DNA of 64,000 nt from Pristiophorus japonicus (GCF_044704955.1 NC_091999.1:58218001-58282000), one strand, 5' to 3'. Positions 12,735 through 24,825 are shown, numbered from the stretch's first letter. The notes: generated by a model from the sequence alone, not told the origin. Translations and numbers: made by a program.

Positions 12735-13155
12735 CCTGAACCAAAAGATCGTGGGTTGAAGTCCCACTCCAGATATTTGATCACAATATGTAAGCTGAGT
12801 CTCTCAGTGCAGTACTGGGGGCGTGGTGCATTGTCGGAGGTGCCGTATTTCGGATCATGTGTTAAACCAAGAATCCGTCTAGCCTCTCAGGTGGAGGTAA
12901 AAGTTCCCCTGGAATTATTTCAATGAAAAGCAGAGGAGTTCTCCCTGGTGGCCTGGGAATATTAATCCCTCAAGAAATAACACTAAACAAAAAAAATGGT
13001 CGTTATCACACTGCTGTTTGTGGGAGCTTGTTGAGCACTAAATGACTGCCGCACTTAGTACATTACAACTGTGACCACATTTCACAACTTAATTCATTGC
13101 CTGGCAAGCGCTTTGGTTCAGTCTGTGGTCGCTGAAGGCGCTGTATAAAGTCAAA
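12735..13155 (+). mobile_element. DeuSINE (SacSINE1/AmnSINE-like) SINE
   Basis: Deu-domain-like core (gtgcagtactg...gtcggaggtgccgt...tcaggtggaggtaaaag...ctgtttgtgggagcttg) and an L2-like tail (gcgctgtataaa). Confidence 0.75.
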
Positions 13156-13273
13156 ATTGTATCACAAGAATACACAAACTGCATGATTGGGAATTAGGAA
13201 TATTCCTCTGCTTTCTACTAATTTCAATCAGCGCTCAGAATGGTCTGGAACCTCCCTCGATTGTGCCTCTTAC

Positions 13274-13580
13274 CCTATGATCTGCTGAAGTTACGGCTTT
13301 GTGTGCCCCCTTCATGAGTGACCTGGCAGGTGTAGACCGAGCCGGTGAACCATTCCCTGTCTGGGAGTGTCAGACGACTGGCCGTCAAAACGTTTCCGTT
13401 CATCTCAAAGGCGGGAGAGGTGATGAAGCCCGAATCCAGGAGTTGTCCACTCTTCAGCCAATTCACGGTCAGTGACTTTGGCCTTAATTCGATGATTGAA
13501 CACATGGCGCTTACATATCTGCTGCAGATGATTTGTTCAGTGGAACTTAGCAAGAGGAGAACAATTGGAGGAACGATGAT
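13274..13580 (-). pseudogene. IGHM: IgM Cmu2 exon
   Basis: PPIVLLL..SAMCSII..PKSLTVNWLKSGQLLDSGFITSP...SRLTLPDREWFTGSVYTCQVTHEG. TAG just before the GTAAG donor; no AG acceptor at the 5' end. Confidence 0.92.
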
Positions 13581-13712
13581 CCGTTCAGGACGTTCACGAG
13601 AAGGCATTTTATTGACATTGCTTGCAAAATAAATGATTAAGAAAGGCAAAGTCTCCTTATATTTTAACAAGTTCTTTGCTGTCAGATCCACACTAACCTG
13701 GCATTTGCAGAG

Positions 13713-14010
13713 AGCAAAATTGTGCGCAGTATACTCAGTGTAATATGCAGACCAGAACTGTGCATAATATTGTTAGTGCGATATGGGGACCAGAACCATG
13801 CACAGTATTCTAAGTGTGATATGGAGAGCAGAGCTGTGCATACTATTCTAAGTATGATATGGAGAACAGAACTTTACACAGTATTCTAAGTATGAGATGG
13901 AAACCAGAATTGTAAACTAAAACCTAAATGTGATAAGGAAACTAGAACTGTGCACAGTATTCTAAGTATTATATGGAGACCAGAACTATGCACAGTACTC
14001 TAAGTGTTGT
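13713..14010. repeat. 38-bp minisatellite (about 8 copies) derived from CR1 ORF2 sequence
   Basis: Unit accagaactgtgcacagtattctaagtgtgatatggag at 13751, 13789, 13827, 13865, 13903, 13941 and 13979. Confidence 0.85.
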
Positions 14011-14085
14011 CTAAACAAGTTTCTATACAAGTTGAACATAACTTCTCACCTTTTCACAGTTTGCCCTGTATCCCACATCATTAAC

Positions 14086-14384
14086 CTGACATTGTGATGT
14101 TCCACAGCGACCCACCACGTCGAACTTCGCAGCAGATTGTGCTGCTCCCCACCTCGGACTCGGTGATGGTTAATTGGCTGCTCAGGGTGTTGGTTCAATT
14201 CTTTTTGAGCAATGACGGGTAGGTCTTCAATCCAGTCGTGGTCGGCTCTTTATCTTCCTTCCAGAAAAGGCTGATGATGTCAGGGGAGTCGTCCATCACC
14301 AAACAGCCCTACGTGATGGAGCCATCGGTGCTGGGTTGTTCACAGGAGGAGAGCAGGGCGCAGAGGGTGGGGGAGACGGTGTTA
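14086..14384 (-). pseudogene. IGHM: IgM Cmu1 exon
   Basis: AG/GT bounded. VTPSP(P)[25 protein letters not shown]...[50 protein letters not shown], matching shark Cmu1. Two stops and a 1-bp deletion. Confidence 0.93.
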
Positions 14385-15239
14385 CTGGGAAGGAATGGCC
14401 CATTGAACAAGTTAGACTCTGTAATCCGTGCTTATAAAAGAAATAAACAAATCGAAATTTGACTGCAGAATAAACTAATTCCACCATTTCTCCATCAAAG
14501 GCTACACGGGCATTTGAGCTTCTGTCAGTTCTATCGTAAGCACCTGTCAATGCGCTGGTCAGGAACGCACCACTCTATCACCGAGCTCTATCACATTACA
14601 CAACAAGAACCTTTACACAACTCGTCAATAAAGAAGCCTTCATTGGATCGTGCAATAGCAGAACAGAGACGTGTTCCTGTTATTTCGGCCTGCATTTATT
14701 TCTCAATGAGCACCATTTTTTGTCCTTTATTTAATTGCAGTTTGGGGAAATTTGCTCTGTGCACATTGCCTGTGGTGTATCCCTACAAAACAACAGTGAC
14801 TGCACTTCAAAGGAGCAGCGGAATTCCTGCTTAGGACGTTAGCAAAATACCCTCCAAACTTGCCTACCACATAATTCAACAGGTAGCATTTCCATAGTCT
14901 AGTTTCTAAGATGCATGTTGTAAATGAACCGCGATTGAGACGAATGTCTTCCTTATTTTCTCAGCATTTGAGTGAGAGCGATGTCCTTCAGCGCACTGTG
15001 ATCTGAGCACTATTCCATTCAATTATATGCATGTCTCTTGAGTAGCCTGCTTCCTGCCACTCCATTCATAATCCGAATAAAATACCATTCCAAAATCCGG
15101 TTAATTTGAAGTTTACTTCTTAAATGGCCCGTTTCAATTCCCATTGTTGTTCTTGTTATATAACAATAACATGGACTTGGTTACAGGGAATACAATTTCG
15201 AAGTTCGAAAATGATGCAAAACCTGGCAACGTAGCCAAT

Positions 15240-16060
15240 AGTGAGCATGATAGCAGCAGACTCCATGAGAAGACAGATGGACCAGTGAAATAGGTTGGGA
15301 CATGGCAATTGCAATTAAATGCGAAACATTGAGAAGCGATGCACATTGGGTGGAAGTTGGAGAGGCAGTATAATCTAAATAGTATTGTTTTGAGGGGATG
15401 CACGAATAGAGAGATCTGGATGTACATATTCACAAATCTTTGAAGAGGGCAGGGCAAACTGGTAAGGCTGTTAGGAAAGCGTATGGGATACTTGACTTTG
15501 TAAATGGGGCATTGACTACAAAAACAAGGCGGTTATGCTAAGCTTACAGATCACGTGTTAGGCCTCAGCTGGACTATTGCGTACAATTTTGTCACCACAA
15601 TGTAGGAAGGATGTCAAGCCCTTGGGGAGCGTAGAGGGGAGACTTTTACCTGGATGATGCCAGGGATGGGGTCTTCAGTTGTGTGGAGAGATTGGAGAAG
15701 CTAGAATATTCTCCTTAGAGCAGAGGTTAAGAGGAGACCTAAGAGAGATATTCAACATTATGTCAGGTTTTGATATACTAAGTCGGGAGAAATTGTTCCG
15801 CTGGAAAGTAGGTGGGTAACCAAATGTCGCCGTTTTAAAATAATTGTGAAAAGATCAGAAGGTGAAATTAAGGTGATTTTTTTCACACAGAGCGTTGGTA
15901 ATTTCAGGAATGCACAAGGCAGTATCTCCAGTACGTCAGGAGGACTCATTTGCACGTTAAACTCTGGGGAGTTGGACTAAATTGGACAGCTCTTTCAAAG
16001 CCGGCACAGGCACGATGCCTGAATGGCCTCTTCCAATGCTGTGAGATGCTATCAGTCTAC
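15240..16060 (+). mobile_element. Degenerate CR1 3' part
   Basis: Decayed KA..ILG / RPQLDYCVQF / RGDL.E.F motifs and a CR1 3'UTR. Confidence 0.75.
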
Positions 16061-16689
16061 ACAAGTCAGTGGGAATAGTTCTTCTAGATTTCATGGAAGG
16101 AAACACTTCATATTTTGGACACCTATACCAGATCTATTTTTATTGTTCGTAATAATAAAAGAGGATATTTAAAATAAAGGGATCTTATAAATCTGACGCA
16201 AATTAGTCAATCACATGCTGTTAGAAAGGCTTAAATTCATTGCGAATGATGACTTATTGCAGGTTGACTCTCTCTCTTTAAATGTTTCACAGCATTGCAG
16301 CTCAGTTACTGTGTGCCTTGTGTTGTGACCCAGGCCAATAGCTGCATCTCGTCACAGTTTGTCCCTGCCTTTAACCTTCTCAGGAAGAATTGGACAACAT
16401 AATTTTTCTAAACATGAGGTCCCCATGATGGTTATTTGAAGTGGGAGTTTCGATATTCTCTATTTTAATTGTGGAAATAACTTGTAACCTCCCATCAGAT
16501 CAGAACAGGCGCTGCTTTCTGGAGCGTTATTCACTTCCTGAAACTGTTTGTTCTGAAAGTGAGCTGAGGATCAGGCCAATCATGTTCATTAGTAATCTGA
16601 TGCTCAAAATGTTCAAACATTAATAACTCATTAAAAATTGAGCAGTTTATCTGCTATCTGTTAGATGCTGATAACGGTGCCTAGAACAC

Positions 16690-17200
16690 TGCCTGACCAA
16701 GCACTCTCAGGTCAGATACAGCACGGATAAGAGAGCAAAGCTCCCGCTATGCTGCCATGTGGGTCAGGACAGGTATAGCAAGTGTTGCACACAGAGTAAT
16801 ATGTTATCTATACTATCCCGTCAAACATTCCCAGCTCAAGTACTGCAGAGATGTGCCACGAAATGTCTCCCCATAAAATGCGTTATCAAATTGACCGATT
16901 AATTAAGCACAATTATGACGAGTACAATGAAAAGCTTCCAAAACACTGTCCCATTAAAGCGCACCACCCCTCCAAAGCTCTGATTAAATAGAAGATCATT
17001 CTATATTGAAGGACCCAATTAAATTCCACGTCCTTGTAAAGAAAAGGTTAAAGACTGATTAAAGCTACCTCTGCAATGTCCCATCAAGCATTGGCAGATA
17101 AGATAACGCACGGGTTAGTTGCAGAGTAAAGCTGTCATATCAAACACTGTCAGGGCAGGTACAACCGGGTTAGAAACTGATTAAAACTCCTTCGACTGTC
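16690..17200. repeat. Degenerate ~66-bp minisatellite (same family as 29845-30185)
   Basis: Recurring gtcccatcaaacact...caggtacagcacgggttaga...gagtaaagct. Confidence 0.6.
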
Positions 17201-18697
17201 TCCCCGTGGTGTTTCGGAACTGCTCCTTCTGACTGTCACAATCTGGATTACTGATCTCATCTCTACGGCGACTCCTCAACCTTAAAGTCAATCTTTCCCG
17301 TTTCTCACATATACCAGTTTCTTAAATAACTGAATTAAGTGACACTGCCCGCAATACAGGATCACAACCCAGAAGGTTTACAACCCGTCAGGAGGACTCC
17401 TGATTCTCACCCAGTGAGCAGGCGCACAGAAACAGAACAGACACAAACGGTGCAAAAAGGGTGCTCCATGCAGAGAGAGACCAGTTCAATCTGTTAATTT
17501 CAATGAAGCTGTTTGATTTCTAGTTTATTTCTTTTCAATTTCCAACCACCTCAACGCTGCAGATTCTTTGAAATTAATCTGATATTAATTTGAGAGACTC
17601 TTCAACATCCAGCCATTTCCCCATCTCTGTCAACTATCTTGTAAACCGTGTAAAAATTAACTTCCCTGAAAGCAAGTATCTGGAAATAATTCACATTCCA
17701 CGGGAATTTGCTGCCTGTCACACGGGACTCGGTGACAGAGTAAGAATGTCACAATCCAGGAGACATATCCAGTGATACCTAATCAGCCACTGATTTTATA
17801 TATTTTCATCAGTAAATATAACCTGTAAAATCGTCGCGGAAAAACAGGAAATTAATTCACTAAAATCTGCAGCGACACCTTGTCGAACTCAGCACAGCCG
17901 AGTTATAAATGTATTGTTTTCTAAATTAATATATGAATGAATTAAACATTATCTCCAACCCTTGAAATTTTGCAATAATTGTAATACTGACCAGTATGCA
18001 ACACAATTGTAAGGGCTCGCTTATGTTTTAATGAATTAGCATTGATGTTACATTCTAATTTAATGTTCATGTTAGCTGAATATTGAAAATAATCTGAGTG
18101 CCAGTCTGGCCCTTCCTCCTCAGAAGCATACCTACCTGGAACTTTTGAAATTAAATTAATGTGCTTGAATTTCAGCCATACAAATACAAGTAATTATTAA
18201 TAATTCTAAAACCTTTTCTGCCTGATAACTTGTGATATATTATGGTTTACTTAAAATACCATAACAATTAATCAATATTACAATATTAAGCAGCATATTA
18301 ATACATAACTACTCAGAAATATACCTTATTTTTACTTAAATGGAATCAAAATTGAATAATTGACAATAATCAGGCAGTTCTACTAATGTCCCGCTCTCGA
18401 CCGACACCTTTTTAAACTCTGCATGTTTCTAATGTAGCATAAACTGCGTCTATTCGCAGAGAACATTTCACATGATGGATTTGGGGGTGGTCTAATTTAA
18501 ATAGTTCTCTGTCCAGCCGGGGTCACAACTCCGATGGGCTGTAAACCGCTTGTTTACTAATGCTGGAATCTCGAGCTGAAATATTCTCCTCAATCTTAAA
18601 CCCCAAAAATGGTTTTATTAATTAAAATCCATCCTTGCGTTTTGCAGTCAGTAGCAGAGCCTCCGCTACTTAATAACACAGACAATCTTTTAAAGTT

Positions 18698-18780
18698 CAT
18701 AGAGACATAGAAAATAGCTGCAGGAGTAGGCCATTCGGCCCTTCGCGCCTGCACCGCCATTCAATGAGTTCATGGCTGAA
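18698..18780 (-). mobile_element. CR1 3'-terminal fragment
   Basis: catagagacatagaaaatag...ggccattcggccc...ccgccattcaatgag. Confidence 0.75.
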
Positions 18781-19599
18781 TACTCCAGTTATTCACAAAA
18801 TGCCCGTAAGTTAATGATTAAATATATTCTGCTACTTCTTGAAAATAGTTTCCAGAATGGTCAGTGTAAAACTAGAGGATAACAATTCATTCAGACCATC
18901 TGGGGCACTGAAACTGAATGAGCAAATGGAGGAGAGACATTGTTCATCAATTTAATATTAATAAGAATTAAACATAGCTCTCAGATATGATTTGTGCTTT
19001 GTCTACCGTTCTATTCCGCATACAGCAGCGTTTTGGGAGATAGGATTTTGTTTTAAATTCAAAATAAGATGAACCTTTTGTAAGTAAATTAATCTGCTTG
19101 AATTTCAATGGATTATTTGCTGTCTCCAGCCATACGCAGTCGGAACCTGCCTTGAATTTCAATATAATTACATGAACAATTCTTTGACTGCCAGCGACGC
19201 CTGTCTCTCAGCTTTTGTTCTTGCAAAGTGTTCAAGATTAACTTAGTGATAATTCTATCAAACAACACACAATATTGATTCAATAACAAATTTCTGCTAC
19301 ACAGTGAGAATGTCATACCCCGGCAGATATATTAAATTGATAAAATGGAATTTGCAACACGGCTTTAAGTTATAATTAATTGCACTCAGTCATTCATCTG
19401 TGTAAACAAGAGGTAGCAAGTAATTGAACTCCCGACTCAAACTGAACACAGCGGTGGAATCAGTATGTTGTTAATGAAATAATTGCAGGCATAATTAATA
19501 ACTGTATCCAGCCTCTAAAAGTTTCTGCTTCCCTTAATGGTGCCCAGTGTAGAGCAGGATTTTTGAAGGCGAATAATATTAAGTAAATGAACATTGGAC

Positions 19600-20830
19600 T
19601 TATAGCATATTTGAATAACATTCAGAGATATTATTGCATTATAATCGGTTGGTTAATAGTAATTTAATCCAACTACAACCTGAATAAGTTAATTATGTAG
19701 ATGGCAACTAGTTACATTTCACATATTAATATACCAGCATCGTCAACATTGATTAATAGTTGAATATATAATTATCACTTCAATAATTGTGATGTTAAAA
19801 TACCTTTCAATAATTTCTGATGTGTAAACCCGTCCTGTTCTTTGCCTACCGCCTGTTTTCAAACAGTTTCAAAATACATATCGTGTTTGGATTCGATCAG
19901 AAACCTGCTGCTGTCACCGATATTAAACATTGTAGAAACGCCAAACAGTTTCACAAATTCTAGGTATTCTGAGTAACACAGGCACAAACTCTCCTCAGCA
20001 GATCAACACTAAATCACATCGCTGAGGGGCGGAATCCCTCGACAGAACCTTTCATGGAGCAGATCCGTAATTCTATAAACCCTTTCAGCAGAATCAAATG
20101 TATCATTGCAAAAAATCTCATTACACAATCATCAAACCCGCCTAACACTGAAATAACGAAAGATTGAATTCAACAGAAATATAAAATACTGACAGAGAAT
20201 TGTGATTGGACGGATCATGTTAAATACATTAATTTTGATATTATAGCGTATTTCAATAATAATCGGTGATATTACTACGTTATAATAATGTTAATTTAAA
20301 TGTGTTCCAGCTGGAAATATGTTAATTTGTCAGTTCATAATTACAACTCATGTATTGAATCTGATCATTCGGGAACATTCGGTCAGTAGATGACAATGTA
20401 ATTTTCATGAAAAAACTTAAAAGACCTTAAGGTTATTTACTGACCTCTAAGCTTTCTGTTTTGTGCCTACAATGTTCTTTTAAACACATTCAAACACAAT
20501 GTTTGCATTCGATCAGAAAAACTCCAGCAATCAGAGGTCACCAAGATTAAACATTGCAGAAACGTCAAACAGTGTAATAATCATAAGGTATTTAAAGTAA
20601 CCTCGACACACAGTCTCGTCAGCAAATAAATACCAAATCACATCAACAACATTTTCTGTGGAGAAACAGTTGAATTCTATAATCACTTTGCAGCAGAATC
20701 ACATTGATAATTGCAAAAAAATCTCAAAACAAAATCCACCACATCCAAGTTTCAGTGAACGAAATAATTATTAAAATAAACAGAAATATAAAATAAAGAC
20801 ACAAATACAAGTGTTACTGAATCAGTGAAT
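19600..20830. repeat. Old tandem duplication (unit about 620 bp) at the start of the J-Cmu intron
   Basis: Collinear matches, e.g. tttgcctac/gtgcctac, attcgatcagaaa, attaaacattg.agaaacg.caaacag, attgcaaaaaatctca, aacagaaatataaaata. Confidence 0.75.
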
Positions 20831-20839
20831 GCTCCTTAC

Positions 20840-20889
20840 CTGCAGTCACCGTCACCATGGTTCCTTGTCCCCAGTAGCCAATTGCGTAA
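20840..20889 (-). pseudogene. IGHJ: IgH J segment, probably pre-joined to D2 (DJ)
   Basis: YAIGYWGQGTMVTVTA followed by a GTAAG donor; preceded by a 12-spacer RSS. Confidence 0.92.
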
Positions 20890-20917
20890 CAGAGTGAGAC
20901 ACGTTGTGTCAAATACT
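20890..20917 (+). other. 12-bp-spacer RSS 5' of the (D)J, degenerate
   Basis: Heptamer CAGAGTG (20890-96, critical CAC broken), 12 bp, nonamer TCAAATACT (6/9 to ACAAAAACC). No nonamer at 22-23 bp spacing. Confidence 0.7.
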
Positions 20918-21238
20918 CCGGCGGACTGTTAACTGTAAAATACAGAGATTAAATTCCACCCAGCTCTAAAAACCCGATTCCGACTATCGTAAGAGTGAAT
21001 CAGCGAGATATTTCATTTTGTACCGTTCATTATATTTACAAAAATGATTGGAATACTTCTGAAGCATCTGTGCATGTTCAACATGGCAATCAATAGTAAT
21101 AAAGAAGAAAACTGTTATACATTTAAATATATATATATATATATATAACTTATTTCTAATTATTTTTATTTAAGCCTCAGTTCCTTCGACGCTCCTGGCG
21201 TGGTAATGGTCGCAGGTTTGAGCAAACTCCCTGTCTGG

Positions 21239-21276
21239 GGTTTTTGTATGGAGAGCTCGCTCTGTATTGCACCGTG
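21239..21276 (-). other. 22-bp-spacer RSS 3' of V(D)
   Basis: CACGGTG + 22 bp + perfect ACAAAAACC. Confidence 0.92.
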
Positions 21277-21596
21277 ACCCACTCCCGTAGTCCTTCCTTG
21301 CACAGTAATAGATGGCGGTGTCTTCGCTCCTCATGTTCTTCATGTCCAACGTGAAGATGTTGTTTGAAGTGTCTTTGGATGCAGTAAATCGGCTCTCAAT
21401 CCCTGGGACGTTATTGTTGCTCGCTGGAGTGTAGTAGTAAACCAGCCAATCCAGCCCCTGTCCGGGAACCTGGCGGACCCAGTTCATGCCATAGCCGCTA
21501 AGATCGAACCTGCTGGTTTGCAGGTCAGTCGCAGGGAGCCTCAGGAAATCCTGGTCTTTGCCTCGGGCTGAGTCAACACCACATCCGACTGGACAC
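21277..21596 (-). pseudogene. IGHV: IgM VH exon, apparently joined to D1 (VD)
   Basis: [20 protein letters not shown] (1-bp deletion) ..[15 protein letters not shown]...[32 protein letters not shown], then KDYGSG before the RSS. Confidence 0.93.
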
Positions 21597-21724
21597 CTGT
21601 AAAAATAATCAAAATACCCCGAGGATCAATCCTCGAGAAATGATTCCTGACTCTGTAAAATTCCATAGAGAGACTATCACTGAGACAGTAACAATGAGAG
21701 AATTGGACAATAAAAACGACTCAC

Positions 21725-21770
21725 GGGAAAGTAAAGCCAGCAACAAAACGAAAGCAATCGCCGACCTCAT
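21725..21770 (-). pseudogene. IGHV: VH leader exon
   Basis: MRSAIAFVLLLALLS plus phase-1 GTGAG donor, 46 nt. Confidence 0.9.
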
Positions 21771-21935
21771 CCTCCTGGCAATGTGTGGTGACTGGTTCCG
21801 GCAAGAACTCACTGAGCAAACCCACTCCCAGACTGTTGTATTGCGCTCCCAGTGGCCGGCAGCTAAATACCCGGGAGATGGGGGCGAGGTTAAAGGCGCC
21901 ACCCATTGATTCCCTGATCGAAGCGGTTTCTGTAT

Positions 21936-21945
21936 CCACGTCACT
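21936..21945 (-). promoter_or_regulatory. CRE-like decamer in the VH promoter
   Basis: AGTGACGTGG about 170 bp upstream of the ATG, with no octamer nearby. Shark VH promoters are reported to use a TCR-like decamer instead of the octamer. Confidence 0.5.
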
Positions 21946-23485
21946 CTTTCCACATCACCAACAGAATGAACTCACATCTGGACTGTAAATTAAATCCCTT
22001 TATTCCTCACTCTTTCACAGGGGATGTAAATCTTTGAGATTGAATTACATTATCAGGATCTAAACACACGGCCAGTTTGTGCTTTTACATCTCCCGCTAT
22101 CTATCCATGCAACTGTACCAGTAAAGTATCCCCTATAATCTGAATTGATATCACTCTATGTACCCGAGTGCGGTAGATGGGTAATGTGATTCTATTTACA
22201 GTGTACTTGGCTGAAGCTACACTTTTGTTCTGGAGATGAGATCATACTCCTCACATTATACAATTGTCTCTCACTGCATTTCACTAACTGCCCCTGAGTC
22301 TGTGACTCTAAGACAGCCGTTTAGCTGTAAAATTTAGCTGTAAAATAAGTCCGCTTGTCTGATGATTAAGGAGTGAGTTGACGAAGACACATAAGAAAGT
22401 GGGGCCTGCCCGCTTCAGACCAGCGTTTTATGAGAGAAGCTGGTGAATCAGAATCGATAATGTGATCAGCAAACCTCGACATCCAAATCCTTGCAGCTAA
22501 CTTTAATAGCGACCGAATGTGTAACAGACACGGGTAACAGGAACACGGTCTATCAGGACATAGTGATATGTTACAGAATATCACAGGAATAAATGCTTCA
22601 TCTCCAGCAGAAACAGATCACAATCTGGGCCTTTCACCACCCACTGGTAGCCGGGCTGTGAGAGGGCTTGTTCAGCGATCCAAATCAGTTCAAATTACAC
22701 TGCACACTGCGCGGCTACTAATCACGAATAATGGAGACATTAGTTTAGACCAGACGCAAAATTCTGTGAGAATATTAAAGAAGTGCAGCTGGCACTTCTC
22801 TGTGAGAATATTCAAGGCACTTCAACCTGTTTTAGTTACTTTGCGAATCCCACTCCTCTCATTACAGTGTGGGGTGAGGACATTAAACCTCTCTCCAGCA
22901 CTTCATGCTGTACTGAATAAATCGACTGAAAGACTTACCATGGTCTTTATTTGGAAATAGTTTTCATTAGGTACCGTGTGGATCAATTCATTATTTTCCG
23001 ATCCTGTTTTGTAATATTGTGAGCATGCAATTTACGTAAAATCATTCTTGAGATGTTATACTATGTAAAATGTTTCTTATTTTAAAAGTTCGACTGAATA
23101 ATGTAATATTTAAATAGTTAAATACCATCTTTCTCTCATTCTTGTTCACGCTAATCTGACCCGCACAATATTTGGCAGTAACCCAACCGACTGCCGTCAG
23201 CGAGCCTCGAACACCAGTGTCATTTTCAGGAAGCATCTGGGGTTCTGTGCACTCCATCAAAGGTCAGTTTTCTCTCTACTGACCGCATGCCTGGAAGCCA
23301 ACTTCAAAACATTTACGTTGTGAAAAGACCTATTTATATACACATCTACCCAATAACAGAACTGGTGTCAAGTAAAAATGTTTTCGTTGTGTAAATGTGT
23401 GTAACTATTCACATATTGCAGGAAAGGAAATATATCCAAAGTCTCAGACATCATGTCATTAGCAGCAGTCAGCTGGAGTATCAGT

Positions 23486-23670
23486 NNNNNNNNNNNNNNN
23501 NNNNNNNNNNNNNNNNNNNNNNNNNNNNNNNNNNNNNNNNNNNNNNNNNNNNNNNNNNNNNNNNNNNNNNNNNNNNNNNNNNNNNNNNNNNNNNNNNNNN
23601 NNNNNNNNNNNNNNNNNNNNNNNNNNNNNNNNNNNNNNNNNNNNNNNNNNNNNNNNNNNNNNNNNNNNNN
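23486..23670. other. Assembly gap
   Basis: Run of N. Confidence 1.
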
Positions 23671-24285
23671 CCACAAAGGTCAGTGCTGGGTCCACTATTG
23701 TTCACAACTTATATTAACAATTTAGATTTTGGAGTCAAACACACAATATCTAAATTTTACCAATGCACTTGGGGCGGGCGGGTCGGCGTGTAAATACTGT
23801 GGAACACTGCAACTAATTAAAAGAATATACGAACTGACTAATTAATTTCAACACAGACTAGTATGAGTTATTACAGTTTGGTGAGAAAAATAAGGAGGTC
23901 ACTTATCACGTTTAAAATAAGAATCTATGTGGGATGGAGGAACACAGGTCTCTGAGAATGCAAATATACACATCACTAAAGGGAGCGACGCAGGTTAATA
24001 ATGCTATAAAAAGAACACCTACACTCGGGTTTATTTCTAGAGGGATAGAATTGAAACGTGCAATAGTTATGCTAAACATGGTTAGACCACACTTGACGTA
24101 CTTTGTATAATTGACCAATCCCCCGCCATTTCCCTGAAGCCCTGCATATGTTTCCATTCAGATATGTGGATAGTGCAGGGAAGGGGAGTTGAGGTAGAAG
24201 AGCAGCCATGATCCCGTTGAATGACGGAACAGGCTCGCTGAATCATATGGCCTACTCCTGCTCCAATTCTTATGTTCTTATGTTG
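23671..24285 (+). mobile_element. Degenerate CR1 RT/3' fragment
   Basis: PQRSVLGPLLFTTYINNLD; CR1 3' end ttcttatgttcttatg. Confidence 0.8.
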
Positions 24286-24329
24286 TGACTTCCGAGGAAA
24301 TATGGACATTAGATACTCAATCTCTCCTG

Positions 24330-24825
24330 GTAGAACAGCCTCACGCCCCCGCCGCCGTCCCAGGAATCAGATCAGTCTGATGAACCTGAGATGCACTCCC
24401 TCCAAGGCAAGTGCATCCTTCCTTAGATAAGGAGAACAAAACTGTACACGATACACCAGGTGTAGTCTCAGCAGAGACCTATATAAGTGCATGAAGGCTT
24501 CTTTTTTCTAATACTCCAATCCCTTTGCAATAAAATGCTGCTTACCATTTGCTTTCCTAATAGCTCACTTTGGCTCCATGTTAGCTTTCTGTGATTCGTG
24601 TACAAGGCCATCCAGGTCTTTCTGAATAACAATATTACCCAGTTTCTCAGCATTCAAAAAATTTTCTGCGTCTCTATTTGTCCTACCAAAGTGCGTAACT
24701 TCACACTTCTCCACATTATACTCAATCTGCCATGTTCATGCCCACTCACTTAACCTGTCAATATCCCTTTGCAGCCTCCTTACTTCTTCCTCACTGTTTA
24801 CTGTCCCATCTACCTTTGTATTGTA
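24330..24825 (-). mobile_element. CR1 ORF2 fragment
   Basis: Reverse complement of the WAxxWQ..YNVEKCEV.HFG and LHLVYRVQFCSPYLRK-like segments. Confidence 0.75.

Noticed and set aside
20190-20260. Second J segment in the duplicated block
   Set aside because: No WGxG motif, donor or RSS at the equivalent position.
9761-21770. IgW, IgNAR or NAR-TCR identity
   Set aside because: Four C exons ending in a mu-type secretory tail, Cmu1 motifs ([22 protein letters not shown]) and a conventional VH with WVRQ..GQGL.W indicate IgM.
23042-23260. ORF containing TAKYCAG as a possible V segment
   Set aside because: No upstream Cys/Trp framework and no RSS.
23368-23793. ORFs with X runs (also 58289-58783)
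   Set aside because: Artefacts of N gaps.
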